DNA from: Octopus sinensis
Taxonomy: Eukaryota
Assembly: GCF_006345805.1 (NCBI RefSeq)
Contig: NC_043017.1
Span: forward strand, 15,128,001-15,192,000
Length of the DNA stretch: 64,000 nt
Reading direction: 5' to 3'
The translations under genes were made by a program, and so were the position numbers. Positions within the stretch are counted from its first letter, which is position 1. Each line of letters starts with the position of its first letter. Of the stretch, positions 27,750 through 40,677 are shown piece after piece. Under the pieces are notes generated by a model that saw nothing but the letters and a program-made list of their open reading frames with translations, had not been told where the DNA came from and did not search any database.

Positions 27750-29080
27750 TTAACAAGCAAATATGTGAGGGAAAAAATTAGGGATTTTGTTCGCTTTTGT
27801 CGGTATTCCTAAAGGAAAGCATGTCTGAATAAAACCTTGATTTAAATGGGTCTAGTGTCGTACTGGCGTCAGCTTTAAAGTTGAAACATTGTGCGCAATA
27901 TTTCTATCCCAGCAGTTAGAATGTGGGTGTGTGGGGTGGGGGGGTGAGCAGTTAATGTGTTCAGCGCAGTCAGCAAATGTTGGTCTGCGGGTTGAGATGG
28001 TTTTGCTGTTTACTGTGTTTAGAGATGTTTTAGTAAACTAAACTATGGTCAATACTTGGGTTAGTAGAACAGAAAACATTAATCATATTTCTATTAAAGA
28101 TTTGGTAATATTTATGATTTATGGGGAAATATTTCTTAAGCCGCTTCAAGACGGTTTGAGTCAGTAATGCGCGATTGATACATGAAAGGTGAGAAGCAGT
28201 TAATGATTGTTTCTATTTTCGTTTTTTATTGAGGAGCTTTGATAGGTTCTGTCCATTAGTTGCCATTTCTGTCCAGGAATTCTGTCTAATATTTGTAGCC
28301 TCTGCGAAAAATTATTCCATTGGCGAAAAGCTGAGAAAGCCGAAGTCAGATGTACGAAATTCAGGTACGATTAATATAAACTCTGGAGTGGTTAAAGTAT
28401 CTATGGATATATTTAACTGTTTCTGTAGGTTTGATATAACAAGGAGAATTGGAGAGATTTCGATACTTGACACTTGAAAGCCAAATCGTTAAAGAAATTG
28501 TGGATACTTTTTACTGAAAATAACGATCGTATGTGCGTTAACATCGGTTAGGATGAAAATCCCACCATTACGATAAAAATAACCGTCCATGAAAGCAGAA
28601 ATCATATTTTCAATTTGTGCATCATTTTAAAGCTAACGAGGTCTCTAATGTTTCACTGTCAGGGGCTGAAATGATCCCCGGCTTATCTATTGATCCGGAA
28701 TTTCTCCTAAGAAAGATTTAAATTTCTTCTTCTGAAATATATTCAGCGAATAGATTGCATCAGTCAAAAGCGTAAAATATATCAAACTGTAAAAAGCTGC
28801 TTCCGTTTTCATCAAGAATAAAAACAGTTATTTCTCAGGAACATAAAGGAGAAACTTGTTTGTTTCGAGTAATACTTTACAGAAAATGAATTTCTTGATT
28901 CGCCCTTAAGACGGTTTGATCAAACTGATTGTTGCAATTTGAGTAAATCTCATCTCCCATATGATCCTTGAAGTTTTGGGAACGAAAGAGAATCCATGTA
29001 GACGTGAGTGAGATGTTATCTATCATCTGTTCGTTGATGTTATTGAAGAGCTTCATGTAAGATTTCCTGTAATTATTCTG
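27750..29080 (-). mobile_element. Very degenerate CR1/L2-like LINE C-terminal fragments, possibly two overlapping copies
   Basis: KKFKSFLGEIPDQ (FL..IPDQP motif), G.QLF, DF..SQL; repeated block tga.caaaccgtctt..aagaaat near 28150 and 28900. Confidence 0.35.
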
Positions 29081-29398
29081 AACAAAACTGGGGGAAAAAA
29101 TTGCATATGACTCGCATTTCATATACGTGAGTGTGTGTGTGTGTGTGTCTGTGAGAGAGAGTGAAAGAGAGTGGAGAGAAAATAATTATGCGTACGTACG
29201 TATGTAAGCAAGCATGTACATATGTATATATATATATATATATATGCACTTATGTATTTATATATATTATGTAACGGGATTCGTACAACCCAGATTAACA
29301 TGGAGCATTCTCAACAAAGCGTCCATCATTTGTTTGGAGCGTGGAACTGTCGCTTTTGCCTTATCAAAAAACTCTACAAATTACAAATAATATCAGCT

Positions 29399-29482
<84 letters not shown>

Positions 29483-29567
29483 GTATATATATATACATAC
29501 ATATATATATATATGTATGTATGTATATAATATATACATAACACACATATATATATATTATATATAT

Positions 29568-29609
<42 letters not shown>

Positions 29610-29612
<3 letters not shown>

Positions 29613-29834
29613 GCGGCGAGCTGGCAGACACGTTAGCACGCCGGGCGAAATGCGTAGCCGTATTTCGTCTGCCGTTACGTTCTGAGTTCAAATTCCGCGG
29701 GTCGACTTTACCTTTCATCCTTTCGGGGTCGATAAATAAAGTACCAGTTTCGCAACTGGGGTCGTTGTAATCGACTTAATTCCTTTGTCTGTCCTTGTTT
29801 GTCCCCTCTGTGTTAGCTCCTTGTGGGCAGTAAA

Positions 29835-29837
<3 letters not shown>
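29610..29837 (+). mobile_element. SINE family D with Tx1-like 3' tail
   Basis: aaggcggcgagctggcaga..gttctgagttcaaattcc..gtcgataaataaagtaccagt; tail tttgtcccc..ccttgtgggcagtaaagaat; inserted in (TA)n. Confidence 0.85.
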
Positions 29838-29906
<69 letters not shown>

Positions 29907-29924
29907 ATGTATATATATATATAT

Positions 29925-30246
29925 CAGGCACATGCCGCCAGTAGGTAGTTGGCAACCTTTACGTATTAAAACACAAGAGACAAATAAACGAAGCAGAGAC
30001 ACGCGACTGAGATGAAAGTAGATTTACTCTGCCTTTATTACACGTAAAGAAAACGGTGTTGTAGGAGTGAACGCATCACGTTTACCACGGCACTACTATT
30101 CGCAGCTTAAATTCTGAGACTGAAAAGCACGGGCATATTTTATTGAATTAGGTACATATTTAGTCATAAAAGGAAAATATTGCTTTCTATCTATTTTATT
30201 CATGGTAGGCACTGCCAACCTTGCCTACCTAGACGGCACGACCCTA
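29925..30246. mobile_element. Possible hAT-like MITE
   Basis: Imperfect inverted ends caggcacatgccgccagtaggtagttggca / tgccaaccttgcctacctagacggcacgacccta. Confidence 0.4.
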
Positions 30247-30249
30247 GAT

Positions 30250-30477
30250 TATTACCCTCTAAAACACAAGTCCAGGTAAGCTTGTTTGTGGAAGAGCAAT
30301 AGTTGCATATGCATACCAGCCTCCCCTTTCCAACCACCGATGTCATCCAAGGAAAAGGCAAAGGGGCCGATACAGCTTGGTTACAGTAAAGTTGCAACTC
30401 ATTTCTGCAGCTGAGTGAAGAGGAAGAACGTGAAATGAAATATCTTGAGAACACAACCGACAGTCCGGTCTGTGGCC
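30250..30477 (-). mobile_element. CORE-SINE (family C2) body fragment
   Basis: Colinear with 58620-58850 (cactcagctg.agaaatgagttgc..ccaagctgtatcg..ggacttgtg). Confidence 0.75.
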
Positions 30478-30892
30478 AGAAACTCCACATAATTTACTCA
30501 ACTATCGGCTTGCGTAAAAATTAATTTCATACGCTCACTCTATAAATATATACACGATTTATCACTGTAATATCCTTAAAGCTATTAAATGTTTTTACTT
30601 TCTGTCAAATGTCACACGAAATATTAAATAAATTAAAATTCTATACATGATGTTGAGATTTTTTGGTTGAAGTCTTTCACCATTTCCTACACGTCAATTG
30701 GAAGTGTTCACTGTGTAGTAACATATAGAATTACATTTTTATGTGTGTGTGTGTGTATACACAGACATATATATAAGCACATATATTTAGATGTATAGTG
30801 AGACGCATGTGCATACAGACTAGTACACGAGACACTCATACATATACAAACATATATACCCAGACACAGGTTCATATATGTGTGCGTGTATG

Positions 30893-30931
<39 letters not shown>

Positions 30932-30979
30932 ATAGATATGTAGAGAGAGAAGACATACATACATACATACATACATACA

Positions 30980-31013
<34 letters not shown>

Positions 31014-31454
31014 CGTACATGCATATATCTACTCAGATACACACACAGAGACATCTATAGAAATTCAGACAAACACATACATACGCACATACCACAGACA
31101 CACTTATATGTAAACATATATATACAAGCATACAGCTACACTGTCATCAACACGCTTTGAAATACGCACACACACACACACACACACAAATAGACTCACT
31201 CAAGTCAACATAGACTCACAGAGATGGACGTGTGCTTGTATGTGCGTGTGGTATGTTTATGTGTAAGATATGCAAGTTTGTGTATGTGTGAGATGTTTAT
31301 GTGTGGGGGTGCGGTGTGCGGTGTATGTGCTGTGTGTAGGATGTGTGTGTATGCGCATGAATGTATGAGTGAGATTTGTGTGTGTGTTATATTGCTGCTT
31401 TAATCAACTGCAGTACAGTTCTCATCAATAACCGTTTCTATTTGTATTTTGCAA

Positions 31455-31523
<69 letters not shown>

Positions 31524-31819
31524 TACTCATTTCCTACATTAAACAGCAGAAGAAATAGAATCATAAATTCAATTAGCTATCTTTAATTACTCCAGTAATT
31601 ATAGCGATACAATTTACTGTAACCTTTGAATCACAAACGTTGTATCTGTATTTTTATAATATATTCTCTCTTTAGTTTCGATGCCAATATTCCACAGTGG
31701 AAAACATCAAATTCTCCCGGAATACTCTGCTGCTTGATGGTTTTTCTCCACAAGTCACGAATAAATTTATCTATAAAATCAAAAACACTTCTACCTGGAT
31801 AGTTAAACAGATAAAATTA

Positions 31820-32600
31820 TTGGGTTGGCCAAAATGTCTGCTCGGTTTTTAAAATAAGACACAAGTTTTAAACTCAAAGCTATTTACCCAATCAATAATA
31901 AAATTACCGTATCGTTCCAGTATCGTCTGCCATTATGTGGACAGAAGATCCATTATTCCCTACTGGTGAACTTTTACATCCTCTTCAGAGTTGAAGGTCT
32001 GTCCATTCAATGAATTTTGAAGAAACCAAAACAGGTAGAAATCGGAAGTTGCAAGGCCAGGCTAATAAGGAGAGTGCAGCAAAACCTCCCAGCCAATCCT
32101 CAGTAAGTTCTGTTACATCTGCTAAGAAGCGTGCAGTCCGGCATTGTCGTGATGAAAGACAATGTCCGTAAGACAACACCGTTTCAATCCCAACAAATTG
32201 AAAGCATAACCTTCTTCAGGTCCAGTCCTGCTTTGAAGGTGGTTTGTGGTGGTTCGTCACGCTTCCTATATAAACGTTTTCGCTTCACATTATTACAGAC
32301 GGTCCATTTTTCGTTCCTTCCACCATTCTCTGCAACGAATCGCATATGTAAACCCGTTGAGCTTAATTCAGTTGACCCAAATATCGAACCGACTGACGAA
32401 ATCAATTAAATGTAAATGGTTTACGATTTGGATATTTGGTATACATGTGCGATCATTATAGTCATATAATGAGGGTTTGTGGCGCTGTTAATCTTAGTTG
32501 CATCTTGAACCGAAGAATTTCCGGATCAAAATCTTGGTAAACTACTTCTTGCACAAAAGTTCCATAACAAAATCCTCACCGTAAACAGCGCATCTCGTTC
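31820..32600 (-). mobile_element. Mariner transposase pseudogene relic
   Basis: TA|ttgggttggccaaaatg TIR; NEKW...KRKR..EPPQTTFKAGL..KKVMLSICWD; HHDNA..GWEVLLHSPY..SDFYLF..QNSLNG; several frameshifts. Confidence 0.85.
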
Positions 32601-32629
32601 CACAGGTTTCAGTCTTCCTCTCGTATTTG

Positions 32630-32664
<35 letters not shown>

Positions 32665-32899
32665 TTATATATATATATAAAGATATATGTATATATACAT
32701 GCATATTTATATATGAATGTATATGTGTGTATATACATATAAATATATACTGTATATATATATATATATATAAATATATATTACAGTATATATTTATATG
32801 TATATACACACATATACATTCATATATAATATGCATGTATATATACATATATCTTTATATATATATACATGGATGCATATGCATATGTATATATAAGCA

Positions 32900-32946
<47 letters not shown>

Positions 32947-33334
32947 TTTATAATATGTACATGTATATATAAAGGTGTTTCAAACAGATGAATAGCTTCC
33001 ACCTTTGTAAGATTGTAATTAAACCAACAGCACCGACACTCTACAACTTGGTCGATACAAATATTTGCATTTTTATAAGGTTCTGTTGACATACACCCTG
33101 AAACACTTATCGATTAATGATAAAAAAAATCTATAACCTTTGGATTTTGAAGGTGCCCAACGAGAGCAAGACCGACGGCTTCCCTCCCCAATCAGTAAAC
33201 AGCATCACTTTTTCCATCATCTTTCTCTTTCTTTATTCCTTGATATATCCAAACTCTTTCGTGACCTTCCAATGATTCTTTTACTGAAATTTGTGCCACA
33301 TTCATTAAAGTTAGGTTATCATATTTGTCGTAAA

Positions 33335-33510
33335 AACCGGCACTCCGTCGGTTACCACGACGATGTTCCCGTTGATTCGATCAACCGAAGAGCCTGCTCT
33401 TGAATTTATGTGAAAGTGCCTGAGCACTCCATGCACACGTGTAACCTTAATGTAGTCCTCAGGGAGAATCAGTGTGAATCTAGTCATTTCAATTACTGGT
33501 ACCACTCATT
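33335..33510 (-). mobile_element. SINE 3' module shared with 47175-47494
   Basis: acacgtgt..ggagt.ctcag.cactt.cac..gcaggct.tt.c.gttgatcg.atcaac..gacgg.gtgcc colinear between the copies. Confidence 0.7.
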
Positions 33511-33586
33511 TTTTTTTCATTATATTCTTTAAGTCTTCAACGTATACAAGAGAGGAACTGAATGCTCACATTTCGAAAGATCTCCC

Positions 33587-33650
33587 TCCTGGGGTGATTC
33601 TTACAAATTATTTAATGTTATGTAAGAATTATTGAAACAGCTGTAGAAAT
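33587..33650 (+). ncRNA. Degenerate hammerhead-like motif
   Basis: 12-bp stem gtgattcttaca/tgtaagaattat then GAAACAGCTGTA; 5' core eroded (CTGGG). Confidence 0.4.
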
Positions 33651-34851
33651 GACTATTTTGAAATAATACTCACATTGCTTAATGTCGTTTCTTGAAATAT
33701 GTATTTGAATATATATGTATGCCTATGTATGTAGATATATGCACATATATGTGTATATATGATACATATTCATGAATATAGATGTGTGTGGGTGTGCGCG
33801 CGCGTATGTTTACATACCTATGCATACATTTATTTGTACGTAGATACATATACATAGGCATAGACACATTCGAGCATTTGGCACTATTTCAACTAACTTC
33901 AGGTCTTTTGCTACATATACGAGTAAAAATTTTAAAACACTGAAAATTCACTTTTACACTCCTCACACTCGCAACCAGAGAAATAGTTAAAGAAGCACAG
34001 ATAAACAGAAAGAGAGAGATGAACAGAAAATGCGAGAAAAGGACAAAGAGAGGGAAAGAGAGAGAGAGAGAGAGAAAAAAGAGAGAAAGAGAAAGAGAGA
34101 AAGAGATTTGAAGAATATAAAATCTGTGAACGGGATTACATAACTATTTCGACATTATTATTTCGCGTTTCATTTATAAACATTGCATATAAATGACATA
34201 CTAATTAGATAATTAAACTGCGATGCTGGAATTCTAATGAATATAAGATTGGTTCTAATAAGCCAAGGTAAATTATATTTGATGCTCATCACGAGAACAG
34301 CAACAACAACCACAACAACAAGAACAACTTTATGATATGTTTGTGTGAAGACTGCTAGAGATTATTCTATTTAATATCTTTGATTTCTCGAGACAATGAT
34401 AAAGCTAGTTTAACTGTCTGTTTAATTAGTGGTAGGGATGTGGTGGCGCTAATGATGTCGTTTATAGTGGTGTTTAAGTATAGGTGATGGTGGCGGTGGT
34501 AGTTGTGGCAGAAGTAGGAGTTGTGGTAGCCGTGGTTGAATGCTCAAACAAATACAATATAGACATAATATTGTTGCAAATGAGTAAGAAAGAAATTAAA
34601 AGGGCAAAGAATTTAGAAATTATGCCATGGAATTCATTTGGTTGCAGCTGTTTCTGCTATAAGGTGCAATGCATACATATCTAAATGCTTGTGTATCATT
34701 GCATAGTTTCATCGGAGCTTCAAGCGTCAACGGCGCTTTTCTGCGTATATTTATAAATGTAAATATGTTCTCTAATAACAGCATTACCAACGAAAAGAAG
34801 CATAACAGTATGAAGGAATTGAAGGCAGGTGTTTGAGGAGTAAAGCTTCCC

Positions 34852-34882
<31 letters not shown>

Positions 34883-34888
34883 CAATGT

Positions 34889-35583
34889 AAGATGAAGAAG
34901 AAGAAGAAGAAGAAGAAGAAGAAGAAGAAGAAAGAGAAGAAGAAGAAGAAGATAGAAGAAGAAGAAGAAGAAGAAGAAGATGAAGAAGATGATAAAGAAG
35001 AAGAAGAAGAAGATAGAAGAAGAAGAAGAAGAAGAAGATGAAGATGAAGATGAAGATGAAGAAGAAGAAGAAGAAGAAGAAGATAGAAGAAGAAGAAGAA
35101 GAAGAAGAAGATGAAGAAGATGATAAAGAAGAAGAAGAAGAAGATAGAAGAAGAAGAAGAAGAAGAAGAAGAAGATGAAGATGAAGATGAAGATGAAGAT
35201 AAAGAAGAAGAAGAAGAAGAAGATAGAAGAAGAAGAAGAAGAAGAAGAAGAAGAAGATGAAGAAGAAGAAGAAAGAAGAAGAAGAAGAAGAAGAAGAAGA
35301 AGAAGAAGATGAAGAAGAAGAAGAAAGAAGAAAGAAGAAAAGAAGTAGAAGATGATGAAGAAGAAGAAGAAAAAGAAAAAGAAGAAGAAGAAGAAGATAG
35401 AAGGAGGAGGAGAAGAAGAAGAAGAAGAAGAAGAAGAAGAAGAAGAAGAAAGGGAAGAAAAAGAAGAAGAAGAAGGGGAAGAAGAAGAAGAAGAAGAAGA
35501 AGGAGGGGAAGAAGAAGGAGGAGGAGGAGGAGGAGAAGAAAAAGAAGAAGAAGGAGGAGGAAAAGAAGAAGAAGAAGAAGAAG
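34889..35583 (+). repeat. ~700-bp (GAA)n polypurine tract with higher-order duplication
   Basis: gaa runs with gat/gga variants; gatgataaag at 34988 and 35119. Confidence 0.95.
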
Positions 35584-35792
35584 TTCTAATTTTGGCACGA
35601 AGCCAGCAGTTTTGAGAGAGTAGTAAGTCGATTACATCAACCCCACTGCTCAACTGGTACTTACTTTATTGACCCCAAAAAGATGATAGACAAAGTCGGC
35701 CTCGGTGGAAATTGAACTTAGAACGTACAGAAGGACGAATCGCCGTTAAGCATTCTGTCCGCCACGCTAACGTTTCTGCCAGCTCGCCACCT
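35584..35792 (-). mobile_element. SINE family D (common tail)
   Basis: Reverse complement aggtggcgagctggcagaaacgttagc..gtgccaaaattagaa, running directly into (CTT)n. Confidence 0.85.
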
Positions 35793-36785
35793 CAGTCATA
35801 ATATTTATCATAGCAATAGGAATGGCATTTAATTTCGGCACAATGCCAGCAGATTCGATCACAGTAATTGACTGGTATTTTATGAACCCTGAAAGGAAGA
35901 GGAAGCGCAGAGTTTATCGGAGTTTCGCTTTTACGCCTTTGATGAACATATTTTCACTTTGTGAGTAGAGAGACGACGCAATGAAATCATAAAACTAGGT
36001 TGGGTTTAGGTTAATGGAAGATTTTGAATCAATTATGCTTACAGTATTGAATATTTGAGGGAGAGAGACGAGAAGAAAAATCAATAGAAATCTCTCAGAT
36101 ATTAGACGTTTGTTTCAAGTTCGTTAACAGCATTTGGCACCTTAGTGGAACTGCTTTCAGTCAGTTAATTAATTTTAACATCAATTTAACATGATTATTA
36201 GATACGCCTTGCTGACTTAACTAACTTCTACTTTCTCAGTCAGCTTCGGCTTTCTTTACCTTTCCTCCTTTGCTTTGTTGCCTGCAATATCTTTGAGTAG
36301 AATTTATAGATAATATCTGAAAGCGTTAAGCAAAGAGTTAAATCTTTTCACTTAAATATGGAATAAATCTATGGAAACAATCCATTCGAAGAATTTCGTT
36401 TCTTCTCTCCATATTCAATACTTTACTTCCTTTCTTAAACTCTGTTAAAATCACTTATCCTTCTTCTTTCTTTTCCTAACCACCAGCATTTCGGATATAA
36501 AGATCTGATGTTTATATTAGTAGTCACTACATTGTCCATAAATCTATATTTTATATTTTATATTATTTTATTCCTGTCAGCCATGCGGCTGCGGTCATGC
36601 TGGAGTATCACCATGTACACATATATATATATACATTTACGTGCTTTTCTTACAGCACTAGAGCATTTTAGCTCTTATTTCTAGCACTGTGTCTTAGTTG
36701 CGTTTAGTGACAATTATATATTTTCGTTTATAGTTACACATTGCGCATGGCCGTTTATATATATTTATATGTGTGTGTGCGTGTA

Positions 36786-36818
<33 letters not shown>

Positions 36819-37359
36819 CTAAATACTTATATATAGATACATACATTCACTCACATACACACCCACGTATGTGTGCGTGGTACATTATAGTAATAAGTTT
36901 AACTTTCCGTCAAAGTCAAAAGAATGGTTTCGCCTCACACTTTGAGGAAAATGTGGTTAGCGACATTGGTTGACTGGTCCCTAAGTACATGATTGGTATT
37001 TATTCTTAGAGTCAGGCCCAAAGTATTCAAGAAGCAAATTCTTCCCAAAGAGAACTAAATGATTCGCTGGAGCGTCAAAAAAAAAAAAAAAAATGACTTG
37101 CGGTATTTTATTCCAGTATTTTGCCTTCGGAGTTCAAATTCCGTCAAAGTCAAATATACTTTTCCTTCTTCCGCGGCCGAAAAATAAATGAAAAGTCCTC
37201 TTAAGTGTATTAGAGGAATAGTCAGAACATCAGTTAGGGTGGTTGTGTTACATTTTCTAGATGGTTATATATATATGTGTGCGTGTGTGTGTATGTATGT
37301 GTATGCTTATATATAGATGCTTACATACATTGATATATATATACACACACACACACTCA

Positions 37360-37390
<31 letters not shown>

Positions 37391-37391
<1 letters not shown>

Positions 37392-38497
37392 ATAATAATA
37401 ATAATTAATTCTTTTATTGGCCACAAGGGCTGACAAACATGATTGGAAAAGATAAAGGGACAAAACAGGGCGAAAGGTTACAAAAGGTCTTGTCCGTTTT
37501 TCGAAAGAAAAAAGTCCGTGTAAACAAGCTTTATAACAACGAAAAAAATTCAACAATTTACAAAACTCCCAATAGAGGAGACGCTTCGAAAAAAGAAAAG
37601 GTCTCACGTGAAAAAACCCATAAAAGCCGCGGGAGCCTAGTCAAAAGAGGGGTAGAGAGCCCCTTTCTCCTTTTATAATACCTTTTTCAATTACAGGCGA
37701 AACTTCAGAATTGGTCCATTTATACTGGCCATTCTTGCACAATTCACCCACCTTTCAGAAAATTTGCCATCAGACAGCACTCTCCTCTCTAACCTCATCT
37801 TCATTTTCAAGTGAAACTTGAAAAAGTTGATGAGGCCTTGGCCAAAGAGGAAAGTGTCTGATCTTAGCCCTTTCAAACGGGTCCACCATACCACATCTTT
37901 CGCTACAGCCACTAGACACAGGAAAACGGCCTTTCCCTCCTTGTTAAAGGAGGTCGGCGGGGCAATCCTCACTATGGATTCAGCTGATAGCCGGATCCGT
38001 CCTATACGCGACACTAGTTGTTTGACATAAACCCATAGTTCAGCAATACTCGGGCACTGGACGAGTGCGTGCAGAACGGTTTCGTCGTCCTGGGCGCATC
38101 TCGGGCAGGCCCGTCTGACGGCACTTCCGTGCCGGTAGAGTTTATCCCGAACAGGCAGAGACCCTCGGTAGCACTGCCAGGCGAGGGACTTTTGGAAATT
38201 ATCCATTGGCCCCGGCCCGAAAGTTCTCCCGAACAGACTGTTTAGCTCGTTATCGTCAACGCCTGGAGTTTCCCCGAGAACGTCGTCGCACTTTTCTTTC
38301 ACTAACCCTCTATAGAAAGCTAGAGTGGAACCACTGCCGATCGCATTTCCCGCCTGGTGCAGGGCGGAGAGAGCTTGACGGCACTCGAGGTGCCAAGCGC
38401 TCTTTCTCGGTCTGCGTTTGATCCAAGACTGCAACTCTGTGAAAGGGTACGAGCTGCGGAAAGTCGCGTCTGACAAAAGATGACCACACCTGTTCAC
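37391..38497 (-). mobile_element. 5'-truncated Tx1/L1-clade LINE (zf-RVT region, 3'UTR, (ATT)n tail)
   Basis: Uninterrupted 268-aa frame 37691-38497 with LAWQCYRGSLPVRDKL..CPRC..ETVLHALVQC..W (zf-RVT CCHC); AATAAA-like end and (ATT)n tail. Confidence 0.85.
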
Positions 38498-38504
38498 CGT
38501 CTAA

Positions 38505-38523
38505 TATAATGATAATAATAATC

Positions 38524-38589
<66 letters not shown>

Positions 38590-39000
38590 TAATAATAATA
38601 ATAATAAATAATAATGAAATTATTGTATACAATGCACCACAACTTGTCAGAAAGTGCGTATAAAGCATATGCAGTAATGTACAAATGTCTGGAAAGCGAA
38701 CAGTGTATGAGTCAGATACATGCTTGTGTGTGAATGAAGGGGAGAAAATCAGGTGTAGTGTTGGGAATTTTGAAGGATGCAGTGCTCCAGCAACTAACAA
38801 CTGATGCCGGCAGTTTGTTCCATGCTTCAGCAACTCTCAGCGTGAAAAAAATGTTTCCGAAAGTCATGGGAGCTGTGCTGTTTTCTGAGTTTGTAAACAT
38901 GTCCACGGGTGTTAGACAGGTGGAGTTTGAAAAGGTGCTCAGGGTATTATTTGTAAGATGGTTAATAATTTTATGGGTGTCAGCTGCCAGACGTCGAAGT
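38505..39000 (-). mobile_element. CR1-clade LINE 3' fragment with (ATT)n tail
   Basis: LKLRRLAADTHKII...FFTLRVAEAWNKLPASVVSC..ASFK (CR1 C-terminal motif); (AAT)n at 38505-38610 is the tail. Confidence 0.8.
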
Positions 39001-39054
39001 TTCAATATATATATATATATGCTTACATACATTTATATATATAATATATATATC

Positions 39055-39090
<36 letters not shown>

Positions 39091-39294
39091 TAAAATGTGA
39101 GTAGTATGGTAAATGTCAGCTTAAAGAAATTCCATTTAATTTCAATACTGGATAAAGTGTTTTAACTTACGATGTGAAATAAACTTGTTTTATCGTATAT
39201 TGTTCACTTTTTGTCATGTATGCTAATTGCATACGTGCGCTGAGCTTAATAACTTCCTAGCCCTTGGATCCGTGGCTCGTACTTACCTGCCTAG

Positions 39295-39339
<45 letters not shown>

Positions 39340-39609
39340 AGTCTGTCTGTTTGTCTGTCTGTATGTTTGTATTATACATGTGTACGTTAATAATTTTATA
39401 ACAAAAAATCACAAAGCTTTTTTATACAACTACTCAGGATTTCCTGGTCGAAACAATAATTTATTCCGGCATGTATTAAGCTGAGAACAATACCGATTAA
39501 CAGATATCTTTTGAGCAGAAAACGTTTAAACAAGATATATATATTCCAATTCTCTGTAAATAGATAATATTTTAAAACTATTTTCAAAATATTTTAATCG
39601 CTTAATTTA

Positions 39610-39692
39610 CCTCTAATGAGGGAAATGTTGCCATTTGTATGGGTTGGAAGATTCGCCCAATACAAACACAAAATCCTGAAACGGTCGTAAGG
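39610..39692 (+). ncRNA. Type I hammerhead-like motif with long stem II (core variant CUAAUGA)
   Basis: Stem I CCT/AGG; CTAATGA; GGGA..tttgtatggg/cccaatacaaa..TCCT; GAAAC-GGTC-GTA. Confidence 0.5.
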
Positions 39693-39875
39693 ATACATAC
39701 GTTATTATATACTACTGCTCATCTAACTTCATCGTTGAGTTGTAATATTGGAATGCCTGACCCCTAAAAGTTCTCATGAATCTACATCTATGTATTTCGT
39801 ATTCTCACGATTTATGTTTAAGATTGGCTGGATGCCGTATAGGAATTTTGATAAAGGAAGTTTTTCTTAAGAAAG

Positions 39876-39923
39876 TTTGTTCTCCACTTTATGTTATATA
39901 TATAACATAAAGTGGAGAACAAA
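39876..39923. repeat. Perfect 48-bp palindrome
   Basis: tttgttctccactttatgttata-ta-tataacataaagtggagaacaaa. Confidence 0.95.
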
Positions 39924-40024
39924 TACGTACATATTTGTGTTTGCATCTATCTATATACACATGGATATATGAAAAAAAATTAATGACAAGGGAAGAGGAA
40001 ATTGTGCGGTGAATTTCGTTACGT

Positions 40025-40062
40025 TACAGCTGTTTCTGATATTTGATGATACACAAATACAC
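40025..40062 (-). ncRNA. Degenerate hammerhead-like motif
   Basis: Minus strand tatttg/caaata stem then GAAACAGCTGTA; 5' core deleted. Confidence 0.3.
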
Positions 40063-40581
40063 AGTTCTGAGCGCTCTGCATTTTAAAGCAAAAACAACTG
40101 TAAGCTAATGAAATTCACTGCATAAATTCCCGGACTTTGTCATTTATTTAATTTTATATTACACACTGTAATTGTCTATAGCTTTATTCAGAAGGATACT
40201 GTTATAAACTCGGCTAATTTGTATGGCCATGCCTAAGCGCAACATTAAAAGGCATCAACATATTTCCAATCTTATGCACGACATATGTTCACAAAATAGC
40301 CAATATAATACTTGAAAACTTATAACTTCAAAATTCTTACAATACGAAAGCAGCAACATATTTCATATTACGGTAATACCAAAGGGATTTCTGAAGCAAC
40401 CCATATAATAGATGTCTCCGCTCACACACACAAACACACATACGTGTGTGTGTTTGTGTAAATAGTAAAGGATTACTCCAAACGTTTGCCGTTTGGGTCT
40501 GTGTAAAGCCATGAATATATATAAAGAATTAAAGTTAATACTAATCCACTTCGTAATAATCTCTATTATATTATTATTGAT

Positions 40582-40677
40582 TTCAAATTCCGCCGATGTC
40601 GATTTTGGATTTCTTCCTTTCGGATAAGTACCAGTTAAATACAGGGGTCGAGGTAATTGACTCATTTCCTCCCCCAT
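40582..40677 (+). mobile_element. SINE family D fragment
   Basis: ttcaaattccgccgatgtcgatttt..cctttcgg..aagtaccagtt..ggggtcga. Confidence 0.7.

Noticed and set aside
30200-30250. Apparent alternative 3' tail of the CORE-SINE at 30250-30477
   Set aside because: Better explained as the right inverted end of an adjacent MITE (29925-30246).
34784-35653. 238-289 aa poly-S/F/L/E/R ORFs
   Set aside because: They are translations of the (GAA)n tract.
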